Positions 61,946-64,000 of a stretch of 64,000 nucleotides of DNA are shown here, piece after piece. A program made the position numbers and the translations under genes. The DNA comes from Marsupella aquatica (lineage: Eukaryota; Plantae; Marchantiophyta). A model generated the notes under the pieces. That model was given only the letters and a program-made list of their open reading frames with translations. It was not told the DNA's origin and made no database searches. Within the stretch, counting starts at the first letter, position 1; each line of letters begins with the position of its first letter. The stretch is from the NCBI GenBank assembly GCA_973895155.1, contig OZ316893.1, positions 1,240,860 to 1,304,859 of the forward strand. Reading direction: 5' to 3'.

Positions 61946-64000
61946 GGATGTCTACCTCATGGGCAGGTTAATGTTATCTTCTCTTTCTATTTTTGTTAAC
62001 TGGGTCCCTTAACCAGAGTTATGGGATGAACCATGAATCTGTTTGTACCTTTGGTCTTTGGTACAAAGAGTAACTGCAGAAGAGGTCAATAGTGGACAAA
62101 CTTTAGAGCTCAAATGAAAAGCCAAATACAGACCTGAAAACCTAGAAAATCAAGAAAACATAAAGATGTACCAGTGCAGCATTATGATAATTTAATGGTT
62201 CAATTAGCATGGCAACTAAGTGTGTAAGTGGGATATGAATGTCCCTTAAGGGGGCAACCCGCTCTTGAGAAGGGGTGATGGAGGGAAGTACAATGAACTC
62301 TCATAAATTCACACTCCCCTTAAGAAGCATCCGGAGTGAAATTGACTGGGCTTTGCACCATGACACAAGTGCAAAAATTTGAATTAATTTGCATCTATTG
62401 ATAAGAGTGTATGGCTTGGATCTCTTTGTCCAATGTGCAATGATGGGGGATATACGATTTAGTAATCCCCTATCTCAAAATTGCAACTTTCACTCTGTCT
62501 AAAAATGACATGTACTCGTCAAGAAGTGTAAATCAAATGGATTGTGCACTTATCCATAAGAATTTCTAATCCCTTCTTTAATATTCTGATTTATTGGAGC
62601 CCTCGTTGCACTTCCAAAAGGTGCCAAAATAGGTTCAAATGGTCAGAAAAAAGGATATATGGGGATGCCAGGCAATTATTATTCAGGGTTTGCACTTATG
62701 ACGTAAGCACTAATATGATTAGGAAGTTTTCGGCTTGCTCACAAACATCAAAAATAGTTCAATCAGTTGGGTATGCAGCCAATATTGATTGATGAGGACA
62801 ACTTAGTATTTAAATCAGTGTTGTGGGTAATAATGTCAGAGTTGGGCCAACTCCGTAAAATATGATTCTACCTAACAAGATCACCTAGATCCACCTTGTA
62901 TGAGGCATGCCAGTGACACAATAAGAATTGATATCCCTCGTTTCCCTAAATTCCCTCCCTCCATCCACCCCTACTTCCTTGGCTCCAACTTACAAAACCT
63001 TCCTTGCATTCAACAGCGGGAGCGAGAGAATAATAACCCCTACTCACCTACTATAGTAGGGAGCTAATCTAGAGGGAGCTAGAACCGCTGCTCACCTACT
63101 ATAGTAGGGGCCTACATCTTGTAGGAGCTAGCTACATATAGAGGGAGCTAATGTAGAGGCGAGAGAAATAATGAAGCTGTCTTTACGTTCGAAGTGGTGT
63201 GGCCCCTCTCGTGCAAGCATTGACTGCGGTCCTTCCCTCCCTCTGTCAGGCTAAACCCACTCGTGGCGGATGCGGGAGTGATGGGGTGGGGGTGGCGGGG
63301 CCGGGGGAAAGGGGGGAACCGAAAAAGAGGACCGGATCGAAAGAGGGAACTGTGTATCTTAATATTATTATTACTTCCTTGTATTGTATTGTATATATAT
63401 GTACACAATATATTACATTATATTTATTATACAATACACAATAGAATAAGATAGAAAATGGGTTTCCGAGGCAAGGGGAGTAGGGAGAGGAGGCGATGGG
63501 TCTGGAGGGTGAATTGGCGGTGCGCGGATGTGTTTTGTTTGCAATGGCGCTTGGTCCGGAGTTGCGTGTTGTCGTGATGATCCCTCGCGCGTGCGTGTCG
63601 TTCTGCGGCAGCTTGTGCAGGCGCATTATTCATGCGAAGCCGGACGAGGCTGAAAAGGGCTTTCGAGGTCGCCTGGTCCCGTGACTGTGGTCATGTGGGG
63701 GCTTTGCTTTTCCGCTCACCTCGCCTCGCCTCGTCTCGCCTCGCCTCGTCCTGCCCCAGTGCCCCTAGTACTGCTCCTATACTACTGCTCCTATACTGCT
63801 GCTCCTATACTGCGGCAGCCAACAACACAGACACCACACAATGAGAGCACTGTACATGTGCGACTGTACGAGAGTCTGCGATCTGTGATCGCATTTGTTA
63901 ATTATTACTGCTCGCACGCTTTGGGGAACGGGTCGGGTCGGGTGATCGGGTTGTGTGTCTGTCTGTCGTCGTCCAGCAAAGCAAGGAGGGCATACCTGTG

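Noticed and set aside
63148-63844. Short ORFs at the right end of the window
   Set aside because: Composed of simple repeats (ctcgc, ctgctcctata, AT tract); promoter- or UTR-like, with no supported CDS

Overview
Eukaryotic, intron-rich land-plant DNA. A non-seed plant (bryophyte, liverwort-like) is my inference from gene and TE content, not proven. I could build GT-AG exon models for four ordinary plant genes: a triple-CCCH zinc-finger gene (+, 118-3205), a LanC-like GCL1-type gene (+, 25730-28990), a galectin-domain GT31 beta-1,3-galactosyltransferase of GALT1 type (-, 33764-30461) and NAF1 (-, 42743-39739). The standout is an intact two-exon 339-aa short-chain dehydrogenase/reductase (+, 9767-11661) that reads like a filamentous-ascomycete SDR, making it a candidate fungus-to-plant transfer. 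It has a TATA box, a repeat-expanded intron, and a stop codon plus AATAAA that lie inside a downstream tandem repeat. Intergenic DNA carries a varied mobilome: an internally deleted Ty1/copia with 5-bp TSD, a CRE-like non-LTR fragment with a restriction-like endonuclease plus several scattered 3' tails, a Crypton/DUF3504-like remnant, a TTAA-flanked foldback MITE, a polyadenylated retroposed insert with 17-bp TSD, and many minisatellites. An unidentified gene-like island lies at about 55.7-57.6 kb. No CRISPR array, rRNA or intact tRNA was seen. All family assignments come from motif recognition by eye; no database search was run.
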